Source of the DNA: an uncultured virus (IMG/VR IMGVR_UViG_3300037400_005412)
Taxonomy: Duplodnaviria > Heunggongvirae > Uroviricota > Caudoviricetes
Reading direction: 5' to 3' (one strand)
IMG/VR virus record: IMGVR_UViG_3300037400_005412
Length of the DNA: 64,000 nucleotides
Shown: positions 13,611 through 29,500 of the stretch, piece after piece
Layout of the letters: every line of letters starts with the position of its first letter
Position numbering within the stretch: position 1 is the first letter of the stretch
The notes under the pieces: generated by a model
Seen by the model: only the letters and a program-made list of their open reading frames with translations
Told to the model about the DNA's origin: nothing
Database searches by the model: none
Position numbers and translations under genes: made by a program

Positions 13611-16600
13611 AGATACATACCTCTTTCTCGTTCTTCAGTATATTTTTGATCTAAAAGATTTAAAAAATTCCACCAAGCTCGTTTAACTTCCATTTTAATA
13701 TCTTCTATATTACTATTTTTATTATTATAAAAATCCATAACCTAAGAATTATTAAATGAATTGAAAATAGCTGATTCTTCTTCATAAATTTTTAAATATT
13801 TATTATATTTATTGGTATAATTGTCAATTTGTTGTTCATATAATTCTATTAGTAAAAGTGCCTATTTTAAAATAATTTTCTTTAACTCTAATTCATTAAT
13901 ACCTAATAAATCTAAATAATCTTTATATAAGCCTGACTAAATTATCTCTTCATTAGTTAAAGGATCAATACCAATATTGCTTAAAGCTGTAATAGATGTT
14001 AATTTATTTTCATTTATATAATCTTGAGATAATTCATTTACATTCTAAATATATTTTAAAGATTGAGCTAATTCTAACTATTTATTATAATAGTTTTTAT
14101 TAATATCAAATTCAGAATCAGAACTTGTAACAAAACCTTCTTTATATAAATGATTAAAATCTGTAAACTTTCTTGTCTTAATAATTTTATTATTATTTAA
14201 AATATTTATATATCCAATATCTTTATCTATTTTAATAAGAGAATCATTTTCTTTTTTAAATACTTTATCACAAGAAATGTAATAATTAATTGGTATATAA
14301 TATTTTTTATTTAACTATTCTGATGAAGTATTTTTAATATATCCATATAAATATAACTAATTAGATGAAAAATTATTATTTGGAATTTCAATATAATTAT
14401 AATTTTTTTCATAATATTGTACATTAGAAGTATTAGTGAGTAAATTAGTATAATCACTTTTAATATAATCTACAATATAATATTTATTTGGTATATAAGT
14501 ATTCTCTGTTAAATTTATTTCTTTAAATTCAACAGTTTTAATATAATAATTATTACCATCTGTAAAATAGACCTAATCATCATTTTTTTTCTAATACCTT
14601 TTTCTATTATTTTCAAACTATTCCATATTTTCATAAACCAATATTAAATCATAAGTTAATATATAATATTTTTCTTTTTCATAATCATCTTCATTAATAT
14701 CAACTGGTTTAAAAATATCTTCTTTTTTATAATAAATAGTATCTTCTTCATAAGATTTTGATATAATATAAGTTTCTCCATCTTCTATGTAATAATTAGA
14801 AAAATTATTTTCATTTACTCTATTCTAATTCTATAATTCTTTATAAGTAACTGTTGTTTTATCTGTATCAGAAGTACTTGGCCAGTAGCTAAACCCATCT
14901 AACCAATATCCCCAATCAGACAAATCTTTATCAGAATTTACTTTTTCATAATATTTTAGAGTAGGATCATATTCTGTAGCTTGAGAATATTTAGTAGTTT
15001 TTATATAATATTTATCAGGCAGATACTTTATTTTGACAATTGGATCAATTTCTTCTTCAATAATGATATTTTCTTCTTCTTCATCATTATTAACTTCTTC
15101 TTCCTCATCTTCAATTTTTTCAACTATATTAGGAACTTCAATATAATAGTCATCTTTGATATAATATTGTTTTGTAGTATCAAAATCATTACTTACTGAA
15201 TTTATAAATGTCTATTTATAAAAATGATTTTTTACAAAATTAAAAACAGCTTCAGTAGGAATTCCTTTTATATAAGGCTCATAAATATCATTTATTTTTT
15301 CATAATATTTATTAGATGAATTATATTCTTCTGCTACTGCTAATGTATAATTTCTCTAGTAAATTTCATTAATATCCAATACATCTTTATTAATAATCTC
15401 TTGATAATATTCCTATCGTATGAAATATGTTTCATTGTTATCATATTCATTTCCAGCAGGATAATACCCTAAATAATAACAATTATTTTTTTCATTATCA
15501 AATGCTGAATCATCTATTCTTTCAAATTTTTGCTATTTTATATAATAGTTACTCCATATATTTTCATCTTCAATATCATTAATTGTTTCTGGAATTTTTA
15601 AAAAATCTTTTACATAATATGAGCTAGGCTTCTCTTTTTCTATATCAATATTATCTACTTTTTGATACGCTTCTTCTCCATTATAAATATAAAACCAGTC
15701 TCTAGAAGAAGGATAAAAACCTAATATTATATTCTCATTATTACGGCCCAGGGCAGATGCAGCTTTATAAATTTTATTTTGATAAATATTTAATGCAGTA
15801 TCATTTATAGTACGATCTTTTAATCTATCTCTTGACAGTTTTAACTAATTAGGAGAGTATTCTTTGTCTTCAACTAAATAATTATCATATATATATTTAG
15901 CAAAAGAAGTTTTTTCTCCATATGATGAAATATAAGTATTTAAAAAACTTATTGCATTATTAATCACTTTTGAACTTACTTCTAAAACACTAATTTGTTG
16001 TTCATTTGAAAGACTGCTATAATACTCTAAATTACTTCCAAAATTTTGAATAGATGGATCTAATTCTTCTGATAAAGGATAAAAAATAAAAGTATTATAA
16101 TATTTATTATTAGGGACAGAATTGCCAAATGTAAGTAAAGATCGTCTATACCAAAAAGTTTCTCTATTTTTTAAATTTTCAATTTGTGATATCTGATAAT
16201 CTGTATAATTATTTAAAGATAATTTAATATCACTATTATCTAAAGGAAATTCTATTTTATTTTCATTATACTATACTAAATTTTCTTCATTTAGTGCTAT
16301 ATTAAATATTTTATATGTAATATCATTTAGCTAAAACTAAATCTATTCTTTATTTTTAGATAACTCCCATAGAAAATCTATATCATCATATAAATTTAAA
16401 ATAGCAGCCAATGAATCAATATCAGTATAATTCTATGCCTATTCAATTAATTGAAGCTATTGCTCATATAATAAATTAAATTTTTGTTTTAAATCTAAAA
16501 AATAATCCCTAATTCCTACGTCATAATTTTCAGTCAAAACTTGATTTTTAGCAATTACTTCATAATTTTTATTATAATTATTAATAGCTGTTATTAAAGA

Positions 16601-19600
16601 TGTTTCATATAATTTAAATTTATCAATATCAATATTATCATATACTATAGTCCCAAATAATGAACTAGAATCCGTAAAGATATATGATAAAACATTTTTA
16701 ATTGCGCAATATAAAGCATAATTATATAATACAAGTTCACCACGAGTTATCTTTATTTGTTCCTCTAAATAATTTTGTAAGTCTTCTTTAGCATTAGTTG
16801 CATCTATTTTATTTTTTTCATAAGTCTAAATCTTAGATAAATTTTCTTCTATCAAATTCTATAAATTTACCATAGATTTAACCTAACGATCAATTATATT
16901 TATTTTTTCATCATAATTATTTTGAATAGTACCTATATTGCCTTCAAGATAAGCTTTAATCTCAGAATGAGTCTAAAAATGTAATAATTTAAACAACTCT
17001 GAAAGCGCCCAATTATAGTACACCAAATCATTATAAGTATTTAATTCTTGATTTAAATTATTTAAAGCAATTAAATATTCTGCTTGCTCTTGAGAAATTT
17101 TATCCATTAAATCTTTAATTTCAGAATCTAAATTTTCAGTTTCTTTACGTAAATTAGATGCTTTTACTAAAACTCCTTCAAGTTCTTCATCAGATTCTTT
17201 TGATAATATATGTAATTCTTGTTCTTCATAAAATGATATAGGCGTATTAGCATCTGAATTATTATCAAATGGAATTTCTTTAATATTAATAAATAGATTA
17301 TTATTCATTAATAATTCTTTTTGAGCATCACTTAATAACTGCCATTTACTAATAGTAATTTCATTTTTAAATACAGGAATTTTATTAATTCCAAAAGATC
17401 CAAGTAAATTAAACTAATCCTATGGTAATAGATATAAATTATCCTATATTTTATACATATTTAAAATACTATCATTATTATATTCAATATATTTTTCAAT
17501 ATCCTCATTTTGGACATATCCAATTATAGTATTATATTTATATATCGGAATTAATGTATTTTCTTCATTATTAACTAAAGCAATTTTAGAAATATCCTCA
17601 TCATTAATAATATAATATTTGTTATTAATTAAATATATATTATTATTAAATTTATATTTTTGTAAATCATCAGTAATACTATCTATATATCCAATATTCT
17701 CATTCCAAAAGCTAAGATCAAAGTGCTCTAACTCAATAATTACAACACGAGGATCTGTTTCAATTGAAATATCTTCTATATTATATTCATCCTAATATGC
17801 AATTTTAAAATCTTTATAAGAAGTATTATGATTTTTAGAATATTCTTCAAATAAAAATTTTTTATTAATATAATAGAAAATTTCTTCACCATTAGGGCTA
17901 ACTTGATAACAAAGAGTATCAGCTATTCTATTAACATTATTATTATCAATCTTAATTATAGTATATTTTACATCTTTCTATTTATTTAATAAATAATAGA
18001 TAGGCACGCCATTATCTTGAGTATATGAATAAATATCTAAATCGTTAAAGCCAAAATTAATTTCAGAAGAATATTTATTTTTATATTCTATTAACTAATC
18101 TAGTAAATCAAAATTAATATATTCATTTAATAGTTCAACATTATATAATTTTAATAAATCTAAATTTTCTTTCTCATAACTATTATTTAATAAAGCTTGA
18201 ATAATGCTTTTACTATTCTCTCCTAAGAATTTTCCATTAGTCCCATTTAATAATTTATCATAAGCTGACATAAGAGAGTAATATTTTAACATTGAATAAT
18301 CACTTTTTCTAATAATAGCTATATTATTCATTAAAGTTGAATAAAAATTCTTTTTATCTAAATAATCCTATTTAGCTTTTCTGACTTCATTATTATAAAT
18401 TTCTGTATAATAATCCAGAACTTTAATTTGGAAAGTCAAATCAGCAATAACACCATTTCCAATAATAATTGAATTTACATCTTTTAAATTAGAAAAACTT
18501 TTCTCTCGTACATTAGATAAATCATATATTGTATCGTATACTTTAGTATAATATAAATTCTTGTTCTCTTGATTAATCCCTACACTAAGAAAATAATTTA
18601 CACCATCTTTTTTATAAAAATTAGAATTATATTTTTTTGAATTTACTAAATTTTTTTTACCTAAATTATCTATAAATATAAAATTATCAGAATCTATTCT
18701 TATTAAAGTATAGATTGGAAGTTCTTCTTCTTTATAGAGATATTTTATATTAGTATTACTATCAATATAAAAATAATCATAGCTATTATCTTCCGAATTA
18801 TTTTCTTGGAACTAATTTGAGTAATAAGGTTCTTCTATCTTAATTTGTTGCCAATAATAATTTACCTTAACTGTTGGATCATAGCTTTCTTGATAAAGCC
18901 AAGTTTTATAATAAGGGTCATAATAACTAGATGTTTTAAGACCATGAGTCGTAGTAGCAATAGGAATCCAAGTTTTGCTATCTAAATTAAATTCAAATAC
19001 CTAAAATATACAAAATGGATCTATCATTTCAAATTCCTATAATTCATCTATTTTATAAGGATGACTAAATGGCGTAGTAGCAACATACACTATTTGATTC
19101 ATATCTATATTTTCTCCTACAACTTTTCCATTAGTCATATTAAAAGGAACTATATTTTCATTTTCATCTTTTTTTATAATATATACAGGAACAATATTTC
19201 TTGCAGTAAATTTAGCTTGTTCAATATTAATTAAACTAATTTTATCAGCGCGACCATCATAAATTGTAGCTTTAATTCTATCTAGAACTTCTCCTGGCTC
19301 AAAACTTTTTAGTATAGTAATTATTTCTTTATTTTTTATACCAACCATTTGATCCCCATATGAAAAATTATCAGGATTAGCTAAAATATCAATAACTCTA
19401 TAATCCTATAATCTTTCATAAGTTTCTTTAAGAAATGCAGTAGCTATGCCGTTATTGCCTTCAACATATGTCTATTCAGCCACCTATTTTAATCTAGGAT
19501 CATAACCAATAAACTATTGACCTGGTATCGTCATTAATTTCTAATCAATAATTGAATCAAAAGCTGTAATTCTAACTCCTTGATAATAACAATGAATTAC

Positions 19601-21940
19601 ACCAGAAATATTTCTACTATTAGTCTATTCAATTTCAGAATGAGGATGTATTTTTAATTTTGTGACAATACGATCTAAATTATTATAAGTATAACTACCA
19701 GTAATACCAATCATAACTGGTTCCCATGTGCCGCTATCATAAAACAATAAATATACAATATCTCCTGGCATCATATCCTAAATAGTAAATGTGTTTAAAC
19801 CAACATCAAATTTTATTTCAATATCTCCAGAATTATTTCTTAAATTAGGATCAGTTAAATTATAGGTTTTCCACAAACCAGTATAATTAGATGGCTATAA
19901 TGGATTAATAAAACCATATTTTATTAAATTTTCATAATTACATTCTGCTATTTCATAAGCCTAACTAGTAAAGTTATGTAATAATCTTCCTAACTCATTA
20001 ATTGGAGATAATGAATTTTGCATTAATCTAACAATATAATTACCTTCATAAGGAGATTTAAATAATTTTGGATTGCCATCATTTAACCAATCTAAAACTG
20101 CTAATTTAAATTCTCTCTCTAATAAAATATTTTCATCTGTAAAATCATGAAAATTACGAGTGGCGCCTTCTGGAATATTCCTCTATAAAATTAATTCTCC
20201 TTTGGCATTATATTTATCTTCATCTATTGTAGAAGTTGAATGACGATGAGCCAATCCATAGTCTCTTTTAATAAACATTTGGTTTTCATCAAGCTCTTGT
20301 GAAATTAAACCGCCAATAGGAAATTGTTTATAATTTGTAGCTCCATTACGAGTAATAAACGGAAAACGCCCACCAATAGTATCAGTTTTCTATTCTAATA
20401 AAGTTGCTTTAAAACTATCAATTTTTGGATTATATCTAATCTTTAAAAGTTTTTCTCCATCATATAAATACATATCTTCAAAATTCGCATAAAAGATATC
20501 TGAATAAATACGAGATGAAGTTAATCCCCATATATTATATTGTTGTAAAGAATATTTATATTTCCTGCCATGCTCTATTGTAACATCTTTTATTATATGC
20601 TATGATGGCTATTGCTCATCTAATCTAAAACGCTCTAAAACAAACCAAGTAGTATAATTATCAATATCACTAGCTCTTGATAAGACATAACTTCCATAAT
20701 ATTGACTTTCAACTGGTGCATTAAATAATAAATAATTGCGCTTGCCATTACCTTCAATATAATGTTCGCTTTCATTGATTGCAATTCCATTATCTTCAAT
20801 ATATTTATAAGATAAATTTTTTATTATATTACGACCATATCCAACTAACTGTACTAATTCATTTTCTGTTTCAAAATCAGCTAGTTCTATATCGCTTAAA
20901 TCCCAATAATACTAAAAACTATTATTTTTTTTATTTATTTTTTTAAATATACTATGATTTTTTAAAAATGTAATTTTCTCAGTATAATCTAATAGATGAT
21001 AGATCACATTGATAATAGTATTTCCTCGTTTATCAATTAAATATCTTCCATTTTCATCTTTTTCATCTATTAGTTTATCTTCATCAATTATATAATAATA
21101 ACTTTTATTTAAATCATTATATCCTTTGAATTTAATAGTTATATATCCGTTATCTTCATCTGTAACAGGAATAATCTTCATGGGCTTGTTTGGAGGAACT
21201 AAGTTCGTATTAGTAATTTTATATAATGGAGTGGATAACTATAAATTATTTATAGTTATTACTTTATACTAAATTGAATAAGTTACATCTTCTGAAACAA
21301 AATCATTGATAAATACTTTATCAGCAGAAAAATTGTACTCAGTATCATATGAACTTTGATGAAGCTATTCTCCAGTTGTATAATAAATTTCATCATTTTC
21401 ATCATAAACAATAAATTCGTATGAATAAACTTTTTCACTCTAATCACGGCAAGTGCTCTAATCATATATTCCCATAAATTCATTATTGAAAAAATTAACA
21501 CTAGATGAATTTAATCCATTAATATATATATTGGGTTTTGAAGTACATTTTATAATTCCAACAGTAGAAAAATAGCCAACATCATTTCCAATAACTGTTA
21601 AATCAGAATTAGATGTAGCAGAACCACAATAAGCTATCTAAACTTTATAAAACTATCCTTCATTTAAGCTTTCAGCTTCTGTTTTCGATAAACTAAAAGT
21701 CACAGTGTTGTTAGCTAAATTAAAATTTTCTGAATAGATAGGAGGAAATAAATAAGAATTAGATGAAGCAGTTCTTAAACGTAAAACAAATGCTTTTACT
21801 TCAGCAACACCGACTGCAGCATTCATTATAAAAGGGACAGTAATATTTGCTCCTAAAATAACTGAATTTGTAGGATCATAATTCAAATAAAATGCGGGTA
21901 GAGACCCCTCAATTTGAGGAGGATATAATTTAGTTGCCAT
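13607..21940 (-). CDS. Very large tail/baseplate protein, ~2777 codons (TAG=Gln)
   Basis: MATKLYPPQIEG start; fragments ending 21653, 20912, 19037, 18095, 16973 share one frame with the TGA at 13607. Not every codon was checked by hand. Confidence 0.7.
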
Positions 21941-21996
21941 TATTTATTTTCTCCTTTCTTATTAACATTTTTCATTTTTCAAACTCCTTTTTCACA

Positions 21997-23460
21997 TCAA
22001 CTGTTTTGGACAACAGGAATATTTATTTTAATTTGATTATTATTAATTTCAATAAGTACATTATCATCTTTATCTAAAATTGAAAAATTATCTCTTAAAT
22101 GGAATCTACTATTTTTTGCTAAATATATATCATTTAAAATAATATTAGCTAAATTTAAACCTTCTTTATCAATATTTGCGCCACCATTTAAATAGATTAA
22201 ACCATTATCATCAATTCTAAAAAAACTTGTCAATAAATCTAATAATTCTGTTTCACTGAAATAAGTATCTCTCACAAAATCTAATCTATTACTGACATAT
22301 TTATTATCAAAGATATCTTTAATAACTACTACAAAACTATATCGTAATCTAGTTTGTCCATCTTCAAATACAATATTGCGATAAATTTCTCCTTCTGAAA
22401 AAGATTCAAAAGATGTTATATTCGACTATGGGCCTCGTGTTTTTACTATAGGATTATATGTTTCCCAAAAAATTTTATAATTCTCATCAACTAAAGTTTC
22501 AGTTAAAATATTTAAATTTAATTTATTATTAATAGCTTCTACGAATCTTATATAAATGGGCTTAATGTAATAATCATTATCATATTTAAAACCTGCATTT
22601 GTATAGATAAAACTTCTTTTTAATGTTTTATCAAATTCAGAACTATCATACCCTAAAAAGACCGATAAATTATTAAAATAAATTCGTAATTTATTTACAG
22701 CACGACCATCTTTTCTTATAAAATTTCCGTCATGAAATATATTAACTGTAATACTTTTAATAATAAAATTTTCTATATTAAACACTTTCTCTTGATTACA
22801 ATATCCTAATGTATTATAATAATTAGGACTAATCATATCAGACATTGATAATATAAATTCTCTTTCTTCTAAAATTGAATCACTTTTATTTATTGGTAAA
22901 TATGTTGTAGTCTAATCAAAACCTTTAACAATTAATTTTACCCCATATTCTCCTGAAACCATATCTGAATTTATTCCAACTTTAATACCAATTTTTAAAC
23001 CTAATCTAGTATACCCCGCGGCATAATTTTCTCCATAAAAATTGGTATAAGTATAGATATCAGTATTTTCTTTTTTTTGATTTCCATTTGTTTCTAAATA
23101 AAATTCTCTATTCTATAATGTTGAAGAAGATAAATTACTATTTTTAGTAAAAGTTAAAAAAGGCAATTTTTTTACTACAGTATTTTCTTCTTCATATTTT
23201 TTATTAATAATAAATTTATCCTATGTATAATCTCCTAAGGGGACTGAAACATAAACGAGATCTCCTACTTTATAGGTAGGCCCAAGACTAAAAGCAGTAA
23301 AATTTGATGCTTGATAATTAACAATATATTTTTTATTAAATGATTCATCAGCATTAACTATTTCACATTCTATCGTTTTGTCATATGGGAGACTCGCTAA
23401 ACGCGCTTTTACGATTGTATCAATCGACTAAAATAAATTTTCGGTAAACTCTTCACCCAT
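21997..23460 (-). CDS. Tail protein downstream of tape measure (TAG=Gln)
   Basis: MGEEFTENLF(TAG)SIDTIV...YKVGDLVYVSVP(TAG)GDY; in frame with 22426-22845 and 21997-22275. Confidence 0.7.
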
Positions 23461-23535
23461 AGGCTATCTCTCCTTTTTCTCATTTCTATAAAAATTTAAA
23501 AAATCTATATTATATATTATTTATTACTGGCCTTA

Positions 23536-23585
23536 AATAAAAAAATGGTTATTGATTTCAAAAATCAATAACCATTTTTATTTAT
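23536..23585 (-). terminator. Intrinsic terminator after tape measure gene
   Basis: AAAAATGGTTATTGATTT / AAATCAATAACCATTTTT inverted repeat. Confidence 0.7.
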
Positions 23586-26500
23586 CTACGATTTACATAT
23601 TGAGAAGCCATATTCACCAAATTATTCATAGCATCTTCAATTTCGTGGTGATCAGTAACATTAGGAAATTCTGCATGAATGCTAACTTCCTATTGAAGAA
23701 TTTCTTTTTCTGAATCAACATTAGTAGGAGCCAACACTCCTAAGCCATTCGCCATCCAATTAGTAAGATTATCTAACTGTCTTACAATTTCTATAGCATC
23801 AAGGAAATTCTCAGTGTCATGTGCATTAAGTACTAGTTCTTTCTAATGCAACCAAGCGAGACGTCCATTACGACGAACAGACCCATTAGGCCATTCACCA
23901 GTATACATTCCAGTATCGGCAAACTACCAATGGCCAGTATAACCGCCAGTATCATATCCATAATAAGAATCTCCACCACTACCTGGTAAATCTGTATGAA
24001 CATGAGATCCATCTGGAAAATACATAGTGCCACCAGACCAAAAAGAAGGTGTATAATCTAGTCCACCACTGCTGCCTCCATCACTACTAGAACGAACTTC
24101 TTCTTTTTTAACTTCAAGAAAAGCTTTTAATAATTCTAAAATTAATTCAGCTTTATCTCTATCATTAACCCAGTCTAAAGTTAATAATCCAACTCCATCA
24201 CTGTTTTCAAGAATATTTCCTTCTTCATCAATTAATTTATTTAAATTACTAAAATAATTCTTTAATTCAAGCAATCTCTTATCTCCATCTTCTCCAATAT
24301 CTTCTTCTGTTATTCCTAAAATTTTATCTAATAATGAACCTTTAATATCTAATTTAAGAATTCTTCGTTCTTCCAGAAGGTCTTGGAAAGCTGTATAATA
24401 TGCTTCTAGATCTTTTGCTGTAGTAAAAGTAAACTAATCAGCTTCTGAATGAATTAATGAATTAACTAATTTATATCTCTAAGCATTGAGCCAATCTAGA
24501 GTTTCTTGAGACCCTACTTCTAAAAATTCTTGAGTCCATTTTCCATCATCATCTAGATATTTTAACCATAAACTTCCATTTGTCATTAATAAGGAATAGA
24601 TATCGTTTAATTGCTCAAATTTAGTAATAGTAGCATCTAAAGTAATTGTATTCTATCTAATATACTCTCCACTTAATTCTATCAGTTTATTCATACTAGT
24701 AGTAATCTATTCATAATTTTGCACAACGTTATATATTTTATTTGCCTGAATATCCAAGACGTTATTTAAACGATCAAAAGAAGTAGTGGCTCTATCAACT
24801 ATTTTTGTCATTTCATCTACATTTTCTAAACTTAATGAATTAATATTATTAATAGCAGTTCCAATAGTGCCAGATACATTTGAGATATCTTTACCCGCGG
24901 TTGCCCATACTTCAGCATTTCTAGTCTAAAAAATACTGTAAGCATTACCTGCTTTTTCGCCTAATTCTAACACATTATTTATTGACTATTCAGCTAAAGC
25001 ATCTATATTATCTGTACCCAATAAAGAAGCTAATAAAGTATTATCAAAAGATGTTGTTAAATCTTTCATAATCTCAACAGCATTTCCAGAAACATTATCT
25101 AATAAGTAATTATTATTATCTAAAGCATTTTTCATTTGACCCTAAATAAATTTAATCTATTCATTTGCTACATTAGTGATTTCGTCTACTCGTTTCCTGA
25201 ATTCTTCTTCATTAGCAAAATCAGTAGGATTTAAAGCAGCAATTTGAGCTTCGGCATTAGACCAAACCTATAATAACTAATCCTAAAGACTATCAATATA
25301 ATTTTGATTAGTCTATTCCATTGCTAAAATAGCATCTTCATATTGTTGCTCTGCTTCATCAATGTCATCTTCATTAGTGGTATATACATATCCCCAATTA
25401 CCATTATTGTCTCTAGCAAGACGTACTAAACTTTTAGCGTTTTTAGCATCTTCAAGAGCCTAACGGGCCAATTCCAAATCATATTTCTTTTGCATAACAT
25501 CTAAATCATATGAGCTTAACTTAACTCCATCCTCTTGGGCATCGTTAATTTCACTTAATAATTTTTTCAATTCTTTTTTACTATTGATATTATCAGTATC
25601 TAAAATTGACTATCTAATGTTTCGTGCCATCTAACTTAATCCATGGGCTTGCTCATATTCAGTCATATACAAGTCTCTTAAAGTTCTTTGTCTTTCTAAA
25701 GCACTAGATAACGCATCTAAAGTGCCATATATTGGACTAAAGCTTTCCTCAAAACCAGCAGCAGCATCTTTTACAGCCTGCTAAAAAGCAGTAGTTAATC
25801 CCTAGAGAGCATCTTCCCATGATTTCATATAAGCATCTTCTGCTTCTTCAGTTTCCTTATTAATTTTATCTAAATTAGCTCTATATTCATCAACGATATT
25901 CTATAACCAATATCTCTATTCATCATCCCCAACAAAAGCCTCTAATTCAGCCTATGCCTCTAAATATCTAGCCTAGGCTAATTCCTACATATGACTAATA
26001 TTATCAAATTGGTCTTTAGCAGAAGCTAATTTATTAATAGAATTATCTATAACACTACTATTTAATGAAAGAATTAAATCATGACTTAATTTAGTAGTAG
26101 AACGTCCAGTTAAATCAATAATATTCTACCAATCACTATAAAGGTTTTTATAATGATCAAATTTATTAAATACAGTATCCATATCTTTAGCGTATGACTT
26201 TACAGAATTGCCAAGATAATCAATTTGAGTTAATACCATATTTTTTAAATTAGAGATTGAAGATAGATATGTACTAGATAATTGATTCAACATCTAAATC
26301 TAATTAGCAGTAAAATTAGTAAAATCAAAATTTTCACTTAAATCAGTAGCCCACGCCCAAAAAGTAGTTGGGTCTTGTTTAAACTATTCAAAACGCGCAT
26401 CAGTAAGTCTCTAGCGATTTGTTTCATTAATTTTATCTAAGATTTGAGAAGCATCCTAATAAGAATTTATATCTAATACCCACTATGAAGTAGTTTCATC

Positions 26501-29500
26501 AAAATGAATTAATTTCTTATCAACATCCTAAATTTCCTATCCTAATTTTGGGAAATCTGTAATTAATTCATCAAAAATACTTTGAATAGATTCACTTACT
26601 TCAGTAATATTAATAAACTCACCTGTAAATTTATCAATATCTGCATGTAAAGAATTACTATTTAAAATGCTAGATAGAACTTTTAATCTATCTAAAGCTT
26701 CATCTGGATTATTAATTAAATACAAATAATCAGGAACAATTTCACTGCCATTTTCGCTAGCTTTGTCTTTACTTGTAGATGAATTTGTATTATCTGCCTC
26801 TTCAGCTAATGCTTCTTTTTCTTCTTCACTTAAATCAGCCAATTTTTCTAATCTTTCTTTACTATTTATATACTATAAGAAATCATCCTAATCTGGTAAA
26901 TACTAAGAATAATTAGCATAATATTTTTCATATAATCTAGCTACTAAAGATCTATATTCATCCATCGTATGAGTAATAATTTTTTCTTCAGGAGTGGCTT
27001 CTTCACCTTCTCTATCCCAAATAAATTTAAAGTCATTGTCAGTTTCTTCCCCAACAATAGCCTATGATTCACCAGTTTCTAAATTCTCTTTAAAAGTCTC
27101 AGCAAAAGACTAAGTTTCTTCATCCCAGAATTTTTGATGTAATTCTTCGACAGCCTATATATCCTATTCTAATTGACTTAAATCCATTGTAGGTACTAAT
27201 TTTAAATCATCACTACCAAAGAACTATTCACCGTTTAAATTTAAATTTAACATATCTTTTAATTCTTGCTCATAATCTTCAAGAATTTTAATATTAATAT
27301 CTTGTTCTTCTCCAATTAAACTAACAGCTTCTGCGGCCATATAAGCATCATCTTTAACTTTAGCCAAAGCATAATCTAATAACGTAAGTGCATTATTTTT
27401 AATAGCTACTTTATATTCAACTTCAACCTAAATAGCCTATAATCTTGTATCAAATAACTATTGCTGCATTTGCTCTAAAACTGTTAATTGCTATTGGTAA
27501 AGATTAAGAGTTTGAGTATAGAATTGAATATCTTTTAATTGTTCTTCTAATTTTGTTTGATAATCGCCTTCTTGAGCTTTATCTGTTACAGAAGTAATTT
27601 CATTAATATCGTCATTATTTTGTCCAGCTGCATTGAAATAATTACCAAAACCACCATAATTGCCAAATCCCATTATCGAACCAGACAATCCAAACGAACC
27701 AGACTTAGCAACGGGCATTGCTGCTCCGTAAATACCAGTACCTGGACTACCAGCAGCACCTACACTATATAATCCATGGACATAACTATAACCACCAGCA
27801 GTCATATTATACGCATCAAGCATAGCTTCGACGATCTAACGATAATTGGTAAGTACTCCTTTTTCATCAAACGCCGCGCTATCAAAAGCTAAAGGCATAT
27901 TTGGATATAAGTCATTCCAATCATTAACAAATTCTTTGACTGTATCTGCTACCTACTCTTTGTCAGTCTTAAGATAATTATTAATTTCTGATAAATATGC
28001 ACGCTACGCCGTCACCTATTGTTCTTGAACTGCAATTGTTTTTTCAATATTATCAATGCGAGATCTGCCCCAAGCTCTATCAGCTAATGTGGCAAAACGC
28101 TATAGTTCATTAGCTAAATCTTCAAGCTATTGAAGTATAGTATAATAACGTTCAAGTATATCGCGGTATTTAATCCAGTTCGCATCGAAACGGTGATTTT
28201 CTGCGGTTAATTCAGCTTCTGCAGTACCACCGCCTCCACCAGAGCTGCGGCCTCCACCACTAAAATCTCCACCGCTAGATGAAGATCCTAATTGAGTACC
28301 ATAACTATTATTACCCACATCAAAAGCGCTAGCATATCCAGGGATAAAATTATTAATACCAGAAGAGAAACCATTAATCATTTCTCTAATTTTTTTACTC
28401 CCTAAAATAGATGCAGTTTGCGCGGCAGTATATATTTTATCATTAGGTTCAACCCAAGCATATTCACGGCCATGCTTACCTAATAAATCCATATCCCCAT
28501 TTGGTTTTACATGAAGCTCTGGGCCAAGTTCGCCAGTTACAGCAATTGTTCCAGCCCCAGCCGCAAACTATGGAATTAAATTATTATTTTGACCAGAAGC
28601 TATTGGTACAATAGGAACTTCTTCTAAAGATTTTCCATCGTCTTCATCATAAGTAACTTCATAGTAATTCCCATCACTGCCTTGAAAATGGTCCCCAACT
28701 TCATATTCATCTCTGTGCTCATTAAAGTATTCCGAAATTCTATCCTTTATATCATTGTTATTTGAAGTATCAGAAGAGCTTGAAGAACCGGAACCTACTC
28801 CACTAAAATCACTTCCTCCTCCATTACCTCCATTAGAACCAGTAACAATTTCAGTTGTAGTTTGCGGCTCCCCTAAGTCAATTGAATTATTTGCTTCATC
28901 CGTAAGACTCCCATTTTCACCATTAGTTTCTTGAGAGGACTCTCCGGTTAAAGCACTGGCTTCTCCATTATCAATTGATTCCTATAAAATATCTCCTTGT
29001 TCAACCTATGTCTCTACGCCTTCAGCAATATCATGAACGTCTTTGGCTAATTTTTCAGTTTCTTTATCTTCATCATTTAATCCAGGTTGTTGCTATTCTT
29101 TTTCTTGTTGTAGTTCTTGTTCTCTCTCTCTCAATTCTTCAAGAGTATATGTTTCACCAGTTTTATCATCATGATATAAGAATGTATCTCCGGATGGATT
29201 CCATTGATTATGAAGCTCATTTATTTCTTCTTGAGTTAGAGCCTCTAAAGCCTATTCATGAGTTGTAGGCTACCCCTTGGATTCTGCTTGCTCAGGATTT
29301 TCAGGTTGAGTTTGTTCATGGGTCTAATTTGGTGACTACCCTGAAGTCTAATTCTATTCCTATTTATTTTGCTCATAATTACTTGTTTGAGCTTCTTTTT
29401 CCTATTGAAATAACTTTTCTCTATACTCATTAAACTCTTTTACAGCATCTTCAGCCGTATATGTTTTTCCATTAATTTTTCCAGCCAATTCTGCCGCTTT

